Assembly (NCBI GenBank): GCA_018260615.1
Contig: JAGWDQ010000040.1
Location: 1 to 10,802, forward strand
Direction of reading: 5' to 3'
Source of the DNA: Candidatus Altarchaeum sp.
Lineage (GTDB): Archaea > Altiarchaeota > Altiarchaeia > Altiarchaeales > Altiarchaeaceae
Length of the DNA: 10,802 bases
Each line of letters starts with the position of its first letter. The first letter of the stretch is position 1. Positions 1 to 6,702 of this stretch are shown in pieces. The notes under the pieces are model-generated. The model worked only from the letters and a program-made list of their open reading frames with translations, was not told where the DNA came from and ran no database searches. A program made the translations under genes and the position numbers.

Positions 1-44
1 TTAGAATTTAGAAATTAAATTTGCACGATTCACGGAATAATCCC

Positions 45-218
45 GACATAAAGGTTAGAGGATATTCACACAAAGTCACAGAGTATTTTAAAATCAAGAG
101 ATTTTAAAAGATTGAAAATCTCACAGATTTTCAGTATTTAAAAAATTTATTTTTTAAAGATTGAAAACTCAAAGTTTTCAGTATAACTTCCTTTATGTCC
201 TTGTGTCTTTGTGTGAGG
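45..218. repeat. Short palindromic (REP/MITE-like) intergenic element
   Basis: 66-83 TCACACAAAGTCACAGAG is a 15/18 inverted match to 199-216 CCTTGTGTCTTTGTGTGA. 45-54 GACATAAAGG is a perfect inverted match to 190-199 CCTTTATGTC. No ORF lies inside. Confidence 0.6.
113..180. repeat. Two related hairpins/palindromes in direct repeat
   Basis: 113-133 TGAAAATCT-cac-AGATTTTCA (9-bp perfect stem) and 162-180 TGAAAACT-caa-AGTTTTCA (8-bp perfect stem). Both are preceded by AAAGAT and followed by GTAT. Confidence 0.75.
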
Positions 219-239
219 GACCAATGAAAAACATATACT

Positions 240-395
240 TTAAAATAAATTAAAAAATTTTGCAAAGAAAATTAAAGCAATAATCACCACAATTACCATT
301 AATGAAAATTTAATTAGCGGTTTAATGACAAGTTTCCACAATACCAGCAATATCAACAACGCAGCAATTCCGATAACTAATGCTATCTCTATCAT
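240..395 (-). CDS. Small two-helix membrane protein, 51 aa (MIEIALVIGIAALLILLVLWKLVIKPLIKFSLMVIVVIIALIFFAKFFNLF)
   Basis: Hand-translated: ATG at 395, TAA at 242-240. Two hydrophobic stretches are separated by the basic loop WKLVIKPLIK. Same strand as all other genes. Absent from the supplied ORF track. Confidence 0.6.
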   Translation of the reverse strand: MIEIALVIGIAALLILLVLWKLVIKPLIKFSLMVIVVIIALIFFAKFFNLF

Positions 396-534
396 TTTGA
401 GATTTTTATTCTTTATTAAAATTTTGAAATAGATTATGAAACAGATTATTTGAAATATTAAAATTTAAAATAAAAATTTGTTTCTTATTTTTGATTTTTT
501 ATTGTTTAAATTTTAATTATTCTTGTTTAATTAT

Positions 535-590
535 TTTTGTTTGGTGTAGTAAATAAAAATTGACAATTTTGTTTAGTGCAGTAAATAAAA
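535..590. repeat. 24-bp imperfect direct repeat, period 32
   Basis: 535-558 TTTTGTTTGGTGTAGTAAATAAAA vs 567-590 TTTTGTTTAGTGCAGTAAATAAAA (22/24), just downstream of the trmI stop. Confidence 0.7.
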
Positions 591-598
591 TAATTCTT

Positions 599-1558
599 TT
601 ATACTTCTTTATTTTCACTTTCTATATCTGTTTGTGCTTCGTCATTTTCTTTTTCCACATCTGTTTGTGCTTCGTTATTTTCACTCTTTATATCTGTCTG
701 TTCGTCTCTATTTTCACTCTTCACATCTTTTTTCTCTTCTTCACTCTCTTTCACATCTTCTTTCTCTTCTTCACTCTCTTTCACATCTTTTTGCTCTTCT
801 TCACTCTTTTTTACCTCTTTATTTCTGGATATCAGCCGTGCCACAGTTATAAATCCTGTATGTGCTATCATCCTTGAACACGGCCTTACTACTTTCATAT
901 CCCAGTCCCGCAATACACATTCATAGGTCTCCTGAAGGAAATTTATATTTAACGCATCATGAAATTTTTTTGACTGCTCAATGCTCGGGCTGAACGAAAT
1001 CAGAATTCCCCCGATTTTTAACTTTTTCACTGCATGAGGAATAACTAACCACGGCTCCGGCAGGTCCAGAATTACCGCATCCAAATTTTCCTCGTCAATA
1101 CCTTCATATATATTTTTCATCTTTATTTCAACATTGTCAATTCCAAATCTCTCAAAATTTTTTCCCGCAATTTTCGCAAAGTCGTCCCTGATTTCATAAC
1201 TTATTACTTTTTCAGGATAAACGATATGGGCAAGAAAGATATCCAGAATTCCCGAGCCGGTTCCCGAATTTAAGACCTTGCTTCCAAAATGTAAATTTGC
1301 ATAGCCGACAATCAAAGATGCGTCCTTTAATGTGATTGCCTGCGGACCTCTTCTTGCCTTTTGCATTATGTCCGTAATATTCGGGTGAATAACCGCATAT
1401 TCAGTTCCCATATGTGTTTTCACAGTTCCTCCGACATCACAATTATTAATTTCATCTGCTTTAATCATTCCGTCTTTTGTATGCATATCTTCTCCCTTAA
1501 AGATGTATTTCCTTCCTTTAGGGTCTATTAAAATTTTCATATCAGTAAACATTTTCAT
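599..1558 (-). CDS. trmI: tRNA (adenine-N1)-methyltransferase, TrmI/GCD14 family, with a low-complexity C-terminal extension
   Basis: Family motifs RRGPQAITLKD, SAM-binding GTGSG, YEIRDDFA, catalytic LDLPEPW, FSPSIEQ and RP..RMIAHTGF. The start could be 1558, 1552 or 1540. Confidence 0.92.
   Translation of the reverse strand: MKMFTDMKILIDPKGRKYIFKGEDMHTKDGMIKADEINNCDVGGTVKTHMGTEYAVIHPNITDIMQKARRGPQAITLKDASLIVGYANLHFGSKVLNSGTGSGILDIFLAHIVYPEKVISYEIRDDFAKIAGKNFERFGIDNVEIKMKNIYEGIDEENLDAVILDLPEPWLVIPHAVKKLKIGGILISFSPSIEQSKKFHDALNINFLQETYECVLRDWDMKVVRPCSRMIAHTGFITVARLISRNKEVKKSEEEQKDVKESEEEKEDVKESEEEKKDVKSENRDEQTDIKSENNEAQTDVEKENDEAQTDIESENKEV
626..814 (-). repeat. Coding tandem repeats in the trmI tail: 3 x 33 bp and 3 x 30 bp
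   Basis: 33-bp units at 626-658, 659-691 and 692-724 (DIKSENNEAQT-like). 30-bp units at 725-754, 755-784 and 785-814 (DVKESEEEKE-like). Confidence 0.92.
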
Positions 1559-1566
1559 ATCAGTAA
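1533..1566. repeat. Perfect 16-bp tandem duplication (period 18) spanning the trmI start codon
   Basis: ATTTTCATATCAGTAA at 1533-1548 and 1551-1566. Each copy contains an in-frame ATG on the minus strand (1540 and 1558). Confidence 0.9.
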
Positions 1567-1578
1567 TTCTTTTTTAAA

Positions 1579-1887
1579 TTAGATATATGCGGCATTGTTT
1601 TCTGCGTTTTTCTTTAAATTTTTTAAATTTTCCTGTTCAATAATTATGTTCCTGTCAATTTTCTTTTCGTTAAAAAACATAAAGTCCCTTCTTAACAGCC
1701 GGACAAAAATTTTATCGGGAAGAACCTCCAATGCAATTACTCCTTCCCTTTCTAACTTTTTTATTTCTTTTTGCACTACATCCTTTCTCATTCCAATTTC
1801 TTTGACTAGTTCGTCTGTTGTTATGGGATACCTTTTCATTAAAATTTTTATTATTCGTTCCTGTAATTTGTTAGTCACATCTTTCAT
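1579..1887 (-). CDS. Winged helix-turn-helix DNA-binding protein / putative transcriptional regulator
   Basis: QERIIKIL..YPITTDELVKEIGMRKDVVQKEIKKLEREGVIALE..PDKIFVRL fits a three-helix plus beta-wing pattern. Starts 3 nt after the ligase stop. Confidence 0.75.
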   Translation of the reverse strand: MKDVTNKLQERIIKILMKRYPITTDELVKEIGMRKDVVQKEIKKLEREGVIALEVLPDKIFVRLLRRDFMFFNEKKIDRNIIIEQENLKNLKKNAENNAAYI

Positions 1888-1890
1888 TTT

Positions 1891-2940
1891 TCATTTTACC
1901 GAAGGCAGTTCAAATTTTGGCCTGATTATTTTCCATATACCTTCACTATAATCCTTATCATTAAGCATTGCAAATATTATACTTTTAAATTTTAAATTAT
2001 TTTTGGAAATATATTCCGCCTGTTCTTTTCTGCTGCCGAACTTATTTTTTATTTCTTCGGTTTTAGACAAACAATGTGTTTCTATTTCTTTAAATTTTGT
2101 CTTATACTCATCTTCCCTGTTTTTGACCCATCCGTAAAATTCATCCGGTAAATCCTTTAAAAGACCTTCTAAATTTTGCCTGTTTTTCAGACATTCGTAT
2201 ATGCTTAAAGTAGAAAAATTGGCAATTACTTTATGTAGCCGTAAGTAATCCTCACATTTGATTTTTAGCCGTAATCCATTGCTAAATTTAAATACAACGC
2301 CTTCGTCTTCATTTCCTTTTAAATTTTTAATATAGTCCAACGTCTCTTTTAAATTTTTATCTATTTTCTGAGGATATTCAAAGCCCAGCCGTTTTGCTTC
2401 TTTTATATAGTCAATTTCTTTTCCTGTTTTATTGTTAATTACCGCCAGCAAATAAAGTGTTTCTTTTCCCTGATAATCAACAATAATTTTACTTTCCGAA
2501 CAGACAATTTCAAATAAATAAGTGTAGTTCTTTTTAAAATCTTGCCTTTTAAATTTTCTCTTCCGAATATATCCGGTAGCCCAAACAGACTGTTCCGATT
2601 CAAAACTGCCCCGGGTAGCAATACATGGTTTTTCTTCGTCAAAATAAAGTATGCCTAAACAACCGTCTATTTTAACATTAATCAGAGGAATTTCCAGGGG
2701 TAGATTTTCTATTTTTGTCTCTTCTGTTTCGTTGAGATTAAAAAATTTTTTAAACGGTCTTGCTATAATATTTCCTTCCGTATCAGTTATAAGCCCTCTT
2801 GTCTGTATAGTATATTCATCCCACTTTCTTTCATACTGGCATTCTTTATTGTAATTCCATATAAATATATCAAGTGAGGGATGTTTCTTACATAAGATAT
2901 ATTTTTTTCTTTTTCTTAGTTCATCTAAATTAATGTTCAT
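1891..2940 (-). CDS. ATP-dependent RNA ligase, T4 Rnl1-like
   Basis: Nucleotidyltransferase motifs in order: I KIDG, Ia ATRGS, III YTYLFEI, IIIa LYLLAV, IV EGVVFK, V RLKIKCEDY. The N-terminal RGLI..EGNIIARPFKKFFN segment is typical of Rnl1-like ligases. Confidence 0.88.
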   Translation of the reverse strand: MNINLDELRKRKKYILCKKHPSLDIFIWNYNKECQYERKWDEYTIQTRGLITDTEGNIIARPFKKFFNLNETEETKIENLPLEIPLINVKIDGCLGILYFDEEKPCIATRGSFESEQSVWATGYIRKRKFKRQDFKKNYTYLFEIVCSESKIIVDYQGKETLYLLAVINNKTGKEIDYIKEAKRLGFEYPQKIDKNLKETLDYIKNLKGNEDEGVVFKFSNGLRLKIKCEDYLRLHKVIANFSTLSIYECLKNRQNLEGLLKDLPDEFYGWVKNREDEYKTKFKEIETHCLSKTEEIKNKFGSRKEQAEYISKNNLKFKSIIFAMLNDKDYSEGIWKIIRPKFELPSVK

Positions 2941-2996
2941 TTTAAATTTTTCATTTTCGTATATTCAACATTTAAATTCGTTAGTTAGCCATTCAT

Positions 2997-4079
2997 TTAA
3001 AATTTCATTTCCTTTAAAATTTCTCTTATTGCTAGTAAGTCAATTTTTGACTGTGGTTTTACCGTGTCGCTATAAAGATCCGAAAATAAGATGCCTGCTT
3101 TAATCAAAAAATTTAATGCCTTATAATCAACGCGAGAACAATCAGCCACATCGGAATTTTCAAATTCTTTGAACACTTCTATTACTTTTTTGAATAATTC
3201 CCCATCAGTTAATTTTAATTCGCTCAACCTTCTCCAAATGGAAGATTCGGTTATGTTTTTGTAACTATCAACTACTTCACTTAATTCTTTTCCCCACTTC
3301 TTCTTGTATATCGCCTGTATCAAATTCCCGATCTTCCCGCCGAAATTATCAATGGCATAATTTGCATCTTCATCGCTAAATTTATATTTTTTCAAAAATT
3401 TTCTTGCCGTTTCTTCATCAAAATCATCAACAACAATATAATTTGCCCTTCCATCTAACCTCGCTATCTCATGAACCTTTTTAATAAACAAAATATCCGA
3501 TGATAAGACAAAGATATAGCATAGATGCAATTCCTTTGTTAAGCGAATGAAGAACTGAAATAAGTTGTAAATCGTGAATTTATCCACATATTTATCCATC
3601 ATCTGAATCTCGTCAATTATCCACACGGGATGCTTTCCGGATGACTCCATGTCTCTCATAATATCTTTAATATGCGTAAACAAAAAGACCCTGTTTTCCT
3701 CTTTAAACCATTCATTTAGCGATTTTTCTGATGCAGGAATGCCGGAATATATCTTTGCCTTTGTGGTTTCATTTGTTTTTTGCACATCGGACTCTCCGAA
3801 TAACTTTTTGAACATACCGTCTGTTTTCCCAAACAAATCTCTCAAAAGACCAATTCCGTCAGAAAAGTCCCTAGCCCTTAAATTTGTATAAAAAACGACA
3901 TAATTGCTTGATAATTCTTCAATTAAATTTGTGATTAACGCCGTCTTTCCGGAATTCATCGGGCCATAAATGAAATTGAGCAGTTGCGGCTCTGTTTTTA
4001 AAATGTGTAAAATTTCTTCTTTTTCCCTTTCCCTGTTAAAAAATTCAATACTATATTCAAAATTTTTAGAGGCATTCAT
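2997..4079 (-). CDS. Archaeal ATPase (ATPase_2 / MJ-type STAND family), copy E, most divergent
   Basis: FFNRE N-terminus, Walker A GPMNSGKT, Walker B WIIDEIQ, and LTKELHLCYIFVLSSD. The start overlaps the copy D stop (ATGA). Confidence 0.88.
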   Translation of the reverse strand: MNASKNFEYSIEFFNREREKEEILHILKTEPQLLNFIYGPMNSGKTALITNLIEELSSNYVVFYTNLRARDFSDGIGLLRDLFGKTDGMFKKLFGESDVQKTNETTKAKIYSGIPASEKSLNEWFKEENRVFLFTHIKDIMRDMESSGKHPVWIIDEIQMMDKYVDKFTIYNLFQFFIRLTKELHLCYIFVLSSDILFIKKVHEIARLDGRANYIVVDDFDEETARKFLKKYKFSDEDANYAIDNFGGKIGNLIQAIYKKKWGKELSEVVDSYKNITESSIWRRLSELKLTDGELFKKVIEVFKEFENSDVADCSRVDYKALNFLIKAGILFSDLYSDTVKPQSKIDLLAIREILKEMKF

Positions 4080-5197
4080 TTTGTTTCAATTTCCTTTAAA
4101 ATTTCCCTTATCGCCAAAAGATCAAATTTTGACTGTGGTTTTATTATTTTTTCTCTCGTATCAACAAACAATATGTTTTTTGAAACTAAATAACACAGTT
4201 CGGGAGTTATCACGGAATATTTATAAAAGTCGTTCCCGGAAAAATTTTTCAATATCTCTGTTGTATTTTCATAATTAACATCAATGTCCTTTCCCTGGTA
4301 TTTTATCGTTACACCAATTGTCTTAATGTAGTATAACAGTTGTGCGATTTCTTCCTTTGAATCAGCAAGACCTTTTTCTACATAGTCATTTAGACCCCTT
4401 CCGATTTTCTTCTCATCTATCATCGTTGTAAGTAATGACGGTTTTCCACCAACATAGTCATTTGCCAGTTTTATCTCTTCTTCTGTAAATCCATACTTTT
4501 CCAAAAATTTTCCTGCTGTTTTTTCATCAAAATCATCAACTAACAAGTATCGGCATCTGTTTTTAAGCATTGCTTCACTATAAACCTTTTCAATAAATAA
4601 TGAATCAGAAGACAAAGCAAAAACATGGCAAAGATGTAATTCTTTCGTTAAGCGGATGAAGAAATTAAACAATTTGTAAATCAATTTTCCGTTAATTTCC
4701 AGATCCCCTATAACCTGCAATTCATCAATGATCAAAACCGGAATTTTTTCTTCACTTATTTTCAGAAAATACTCTTCCAAAAATTCAAAAACATCCTCGG
4801 AACTTTTGGTTTCAAGAAATCCGTCAAGCATATCTTTTTCTATCGGAATGCCTGACAGGTATCTTCCTGCCAGTACAAGTGCCTTTTTAGCGAGCTTTTC
4901 GCCTTTTTCTATTACCTTTTCAGATATTTCTTTTCTCTTAACTTTGAATAACACCCTTACAAATCCGCCATATTCTTTTATCAGTTTTCCCCGCAGATTT
5001 ATATAAAAAACAGCATATTTGTCTTTTGGCAAATCATCAATTAAACTCGTTATTAAAGTTGTCTTTCCGCTATTTATTGGCCCGTAAATAAAATTTATGA
5101 AATTTGGCTTTGCTCTTAAAATGCGCATAATTTCCTCTTTCTCCTTTTCCCTGTTAAAAAATTCAATGTCGTATTCAAATTTTTCGGTTGTATTCAT
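4076..5197 (-). CDS. Archaeal ATPase (ATPase_2 / MJ-type STAND family), copy D
   Basis: FFNREKE, Walker A GPINSGKT, Walker B LIIDELQ, and LTKELHLCHVFALSSDSLFIE, as in the Methanocaldococcus jannaschii paralog family. Confidence 0.92.
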   Translation of the reverse strand: MNTTEKFEYDIEFFNREKEKEEIMRILRAKPNFINFIYGPINSGKTTLITSLIDDLPKDKYAVFYINLRGKLIKEYGGFVRVLFKVKRKEISEKVIEKGEKLAKKALVLAGRYLSGIPIEKDMLDGFLETKSSEDVFEFLEEYFLKISEEKIPVLIIDELQVIGDLEINGKLIYKLFNFFIRLTKELHLCHVFALSSDSLFIEKVYSEAMLKNRCRYLLVDDFDEKTAGKFLEKYGFTEEEIKLANDYVGGKPSLLTTMIDEKKIGRGLNDYVEKGLADSKEEIAQLLYYIKTIGVTIKYQGKDIDVNYENTTEILKNFSGNDFYKYSVITPELCYLVSKNILFVDTREKIIKPQSKFDLLAIREILKEIETK

Positions 5198-5276
5198 TTT
5201 ATCTTTATTTCTTTCTGTTAAAATTATACTCCGATACCAATATGAGCAATTAAAGCAAAGACATCAAATAAATTTA
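5055..5276. repeat. Shared ATPase 5' module plus leader, present three times (also 6354-6575 and 7680-7901)
   Basis: Copies B, C and D share MNTTEKFEYDIEFFNREKEKEEIMRILRAKPNFINFIYGPINSGKTTLIT and the same leader sequence, with only scattered mismatches. Confidence 0.9.
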
Positions 5277-5389
5277 CTGTCTTGTCATTATTTAAATCAT
5301 AATATGCTTCAGAGCAAGTTAAATTTTCTAAATCTTTCTGTCCGCTTAAATATTGAGGCATTTTAACCATTCATAAGTTGTATTCATTT
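5187..5389. repeat. 13-bp direct repeats bracketing the C-D spacer (same arrangement at 7812-7824 / 8002-8014)
   Basis: GTTGTATTCATTT at 5187-5199 and 5377-5389, which reads AAATGAATACAAC on the minus strand. Confidence 0.85.
5224..5370 (-). CDS. Orphan dockerin-like mini-ORF, 48 aa (MVKMPQYLSGQKDLENLTCSEAYYDLNNDKTVNLFDVFALIAHIGIGV); may be a gene remnant
   Basis: Hand-translated, ATG 5370 to TAA 5224. Homologous to the C-terminal tail of the 9138-10580 protein (VEMLEYLSGQK...LLDVFALI). DLNNDKTVNLFD fits a dockerin/EF-hand-type Ca loop. Confidence 0.55.
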   Translation of the reverse strand: MVKMPQYLSGQKDLENLTCSEAYYDLNNDKTVNLFDVFALIAHIGIGV

Positions 5390-6496
5390 CATTTCCTTTA
5401 AAATTTCTCTTATTGCGAGCAAATCAAGTTTTGACTGCTGTTTAACATAGTCCTTAACACAATCAGCAAATAATATATTTTTACTTACCAAATATCTCTT
5501 TGCAGTTTCGTTTATTTCGTCACTGTTTCTCCTTTCAACATCTTTAAATTTTTTCATCGTTTCTAATAAGACCTCATGACTTACTGGAAATGTCGTATCC
5601 CTGACTTTTATTTCATCACCGAATTCTCTGACATCCCTTAAAATTGACTTTATTTCACTCTTTCTTTCCAAAATCATCTGTTCAATGTACTTATTTCTGT
5701 CATTAGAAAGAATATAGTCCGCTAATGTTCTCGGCTTCCCCCCCAGATAATCATAGGCAATTTTTTGTTCTTCTTTACTGATTTTATATTTTTCCAAAAA
5801 TCTTTTGATTGTTTGTTCGTCAAAATCATCAATTAGTAAATACTTACATCTTCCCTGCAGTATTGCTTCAGCATAGACCCTTTCAATGAATAATGAGTCA
5901 GAAGATAAAGCAAAGACATGACAAATATGTAGTTCTTTTGTTAATCCAATGAAGAAGTTAAACAATTTATAAATCAGTTTTCCGTCAATTTCCAGATCGC
6001 CAATCATCTGTAATTCATCAATTACCAAAACAGGCGTTTTGTGTTTTGCAATGTTTTTAAAATATTCTACAAGATAGTTAAACACATCTTCATTACTTTT
6101 TTCTTTGAAAAATGTTTCAAGCAAACTCTTATCCACAGGAATTCCATGGGATTTATATAATGTCTTTTCTCCTGTGGAAGTGATATGTTTTAAGACCTTT
6201 GTAAAAATATTTTTGATTTTTTTTAAGAATCCTCCTTCTTCAATTGCGAATAAAACCCTGATAAAATCCTCATATCTTATAATTGATTTTCTCCTTAAAT
6301 TCACATAAAAAACAACATAATTTTCAGGCAGATTTTCAATTAAATTTGTAATCAAAGTTGTCTTTCCGCTGTTTATTGGCCCGTAAATAAAATTTATGAA
6401 ATTTGGCTTTGCTCTTAAAATGCGCATAATTTCCTCTTTCTCCTTTTCCCTGTTAAAAAATTCAATGTCGTATTCAAATTTTTCGGTTGTATTCAT
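5384..6496 (-). CDS. Archaeal ATPase (ATPase_2 / MJ-type STAND family), copy C
   Basis: Walker A GPINSGKT and Walker B LVIDELQ. N-terminus shared with B and D, middle shared with A. Confidence 0.92.
   Translation of the reverse strand: MNTTEKFEYDIEFFNREKEKEEIMRILRAKPNFINFIYGPINSGKTTLITNLIENLPENYVVFYVNLRRKSIIRYEDFIRVLFAIEEGGFLKKIKNIFTKVLKHITSTGEKTLYKSHGIPVDKSLLETFFKEKSNEDVFNYLVEYFKNIAKHKTPVLVIDELQMIGDLEIDGKLIYKLFNFFIGLTKELHICHVFALSSDSLFIERVYAEAILQGRCKYLLIDDFDEQTIKRFLEKYKISKEEQKIAYDYLGGKPRTLADYILSNDRNKYIEQMILERKSEIKSILRDVREFGDEIKVRDTTFPVSHEVLLETMKKFKDVERRNSDEINETAKRYLVSKNILFADCVKDYVKQQSKLDLLAIREILKEMK
6018..6321. repeat. 304-bp identical direct repeat, copy 1 (copy 2 at 8655-8958)
   Basis: Offset 2637. 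Encodes the inter-Walker segment of copies C and A. Similarity with scattered mismatches continues down to about 5863/8500. Confidence 0.92.
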
Positions 6497-6522
6497 TTTA
6501 TCTTTATTTCTTTCTGTTAAAA

Positions 6523-6702
6523 TTATACTCTGATACCAATATTATCAATTAAAACAAAGACATCAAATAAATTTATATCGTCATCATTACTTTCAACAAA
6601 TTTATAATGTGGCTTATCATGACCTAATGTTGTCTTTTCTCAGCTTAAATATCCGGGCATTTTAACTGCATCAAAGATGCCGGTTGCTTTTTCACTTAAT
6701 AG
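6523..6702 (-). pseudogene. Remnant of a surface-protein dockerin-like C-terminal tail with an in-frame TGA
   Basis: Reads LLSEKATGIFDAVKMPGYLS*EKTTLGHDKPHYKFVESNDDDINLFDVFVLIDNIGIRV*, aligning to LLWTKAKDLFDAVEMLEYLSGQK...YYKFVGNENSEITLLDVFALIDKI. The TGA at 6642-6640 sits where the other copies have GGA. Confidence 0.8.

Larger units (their letters stand above)
4605..5437. repeat. 833-bp direct repeat, copy 1 (copy 2 at 7230-8062)
   Basis: Offset 2625. By manual alignment 4605-5227 equals 7230-7852, and the whole block has 6 mismatches (5228, 5229, 5231, 5234, 5237, 5268). Confidence 0.92.

Noticed and set aside
626-814. CRISPR-like array
   Set aside because: The units abut without unique spacers, are multiples of three, and lie within a coding frame.
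560-877. Plus-strand ORFs 560-877 and 634-852 with F/L/H-rich repeats
   Set aside because: Antisense shadows of the purine-rich trmI tail repeats. Their apparent hydrophobicity follows from the GAA/AAA codons on the other strand.
6640-6642. Selenocysteine or readthrough recoding of the in-frame TGA
   Set aside because: The aligned residue is Gly (GGA) in the homologs, so a single nonsense substitution is the simpler explanation. No recoding signal was recognised.
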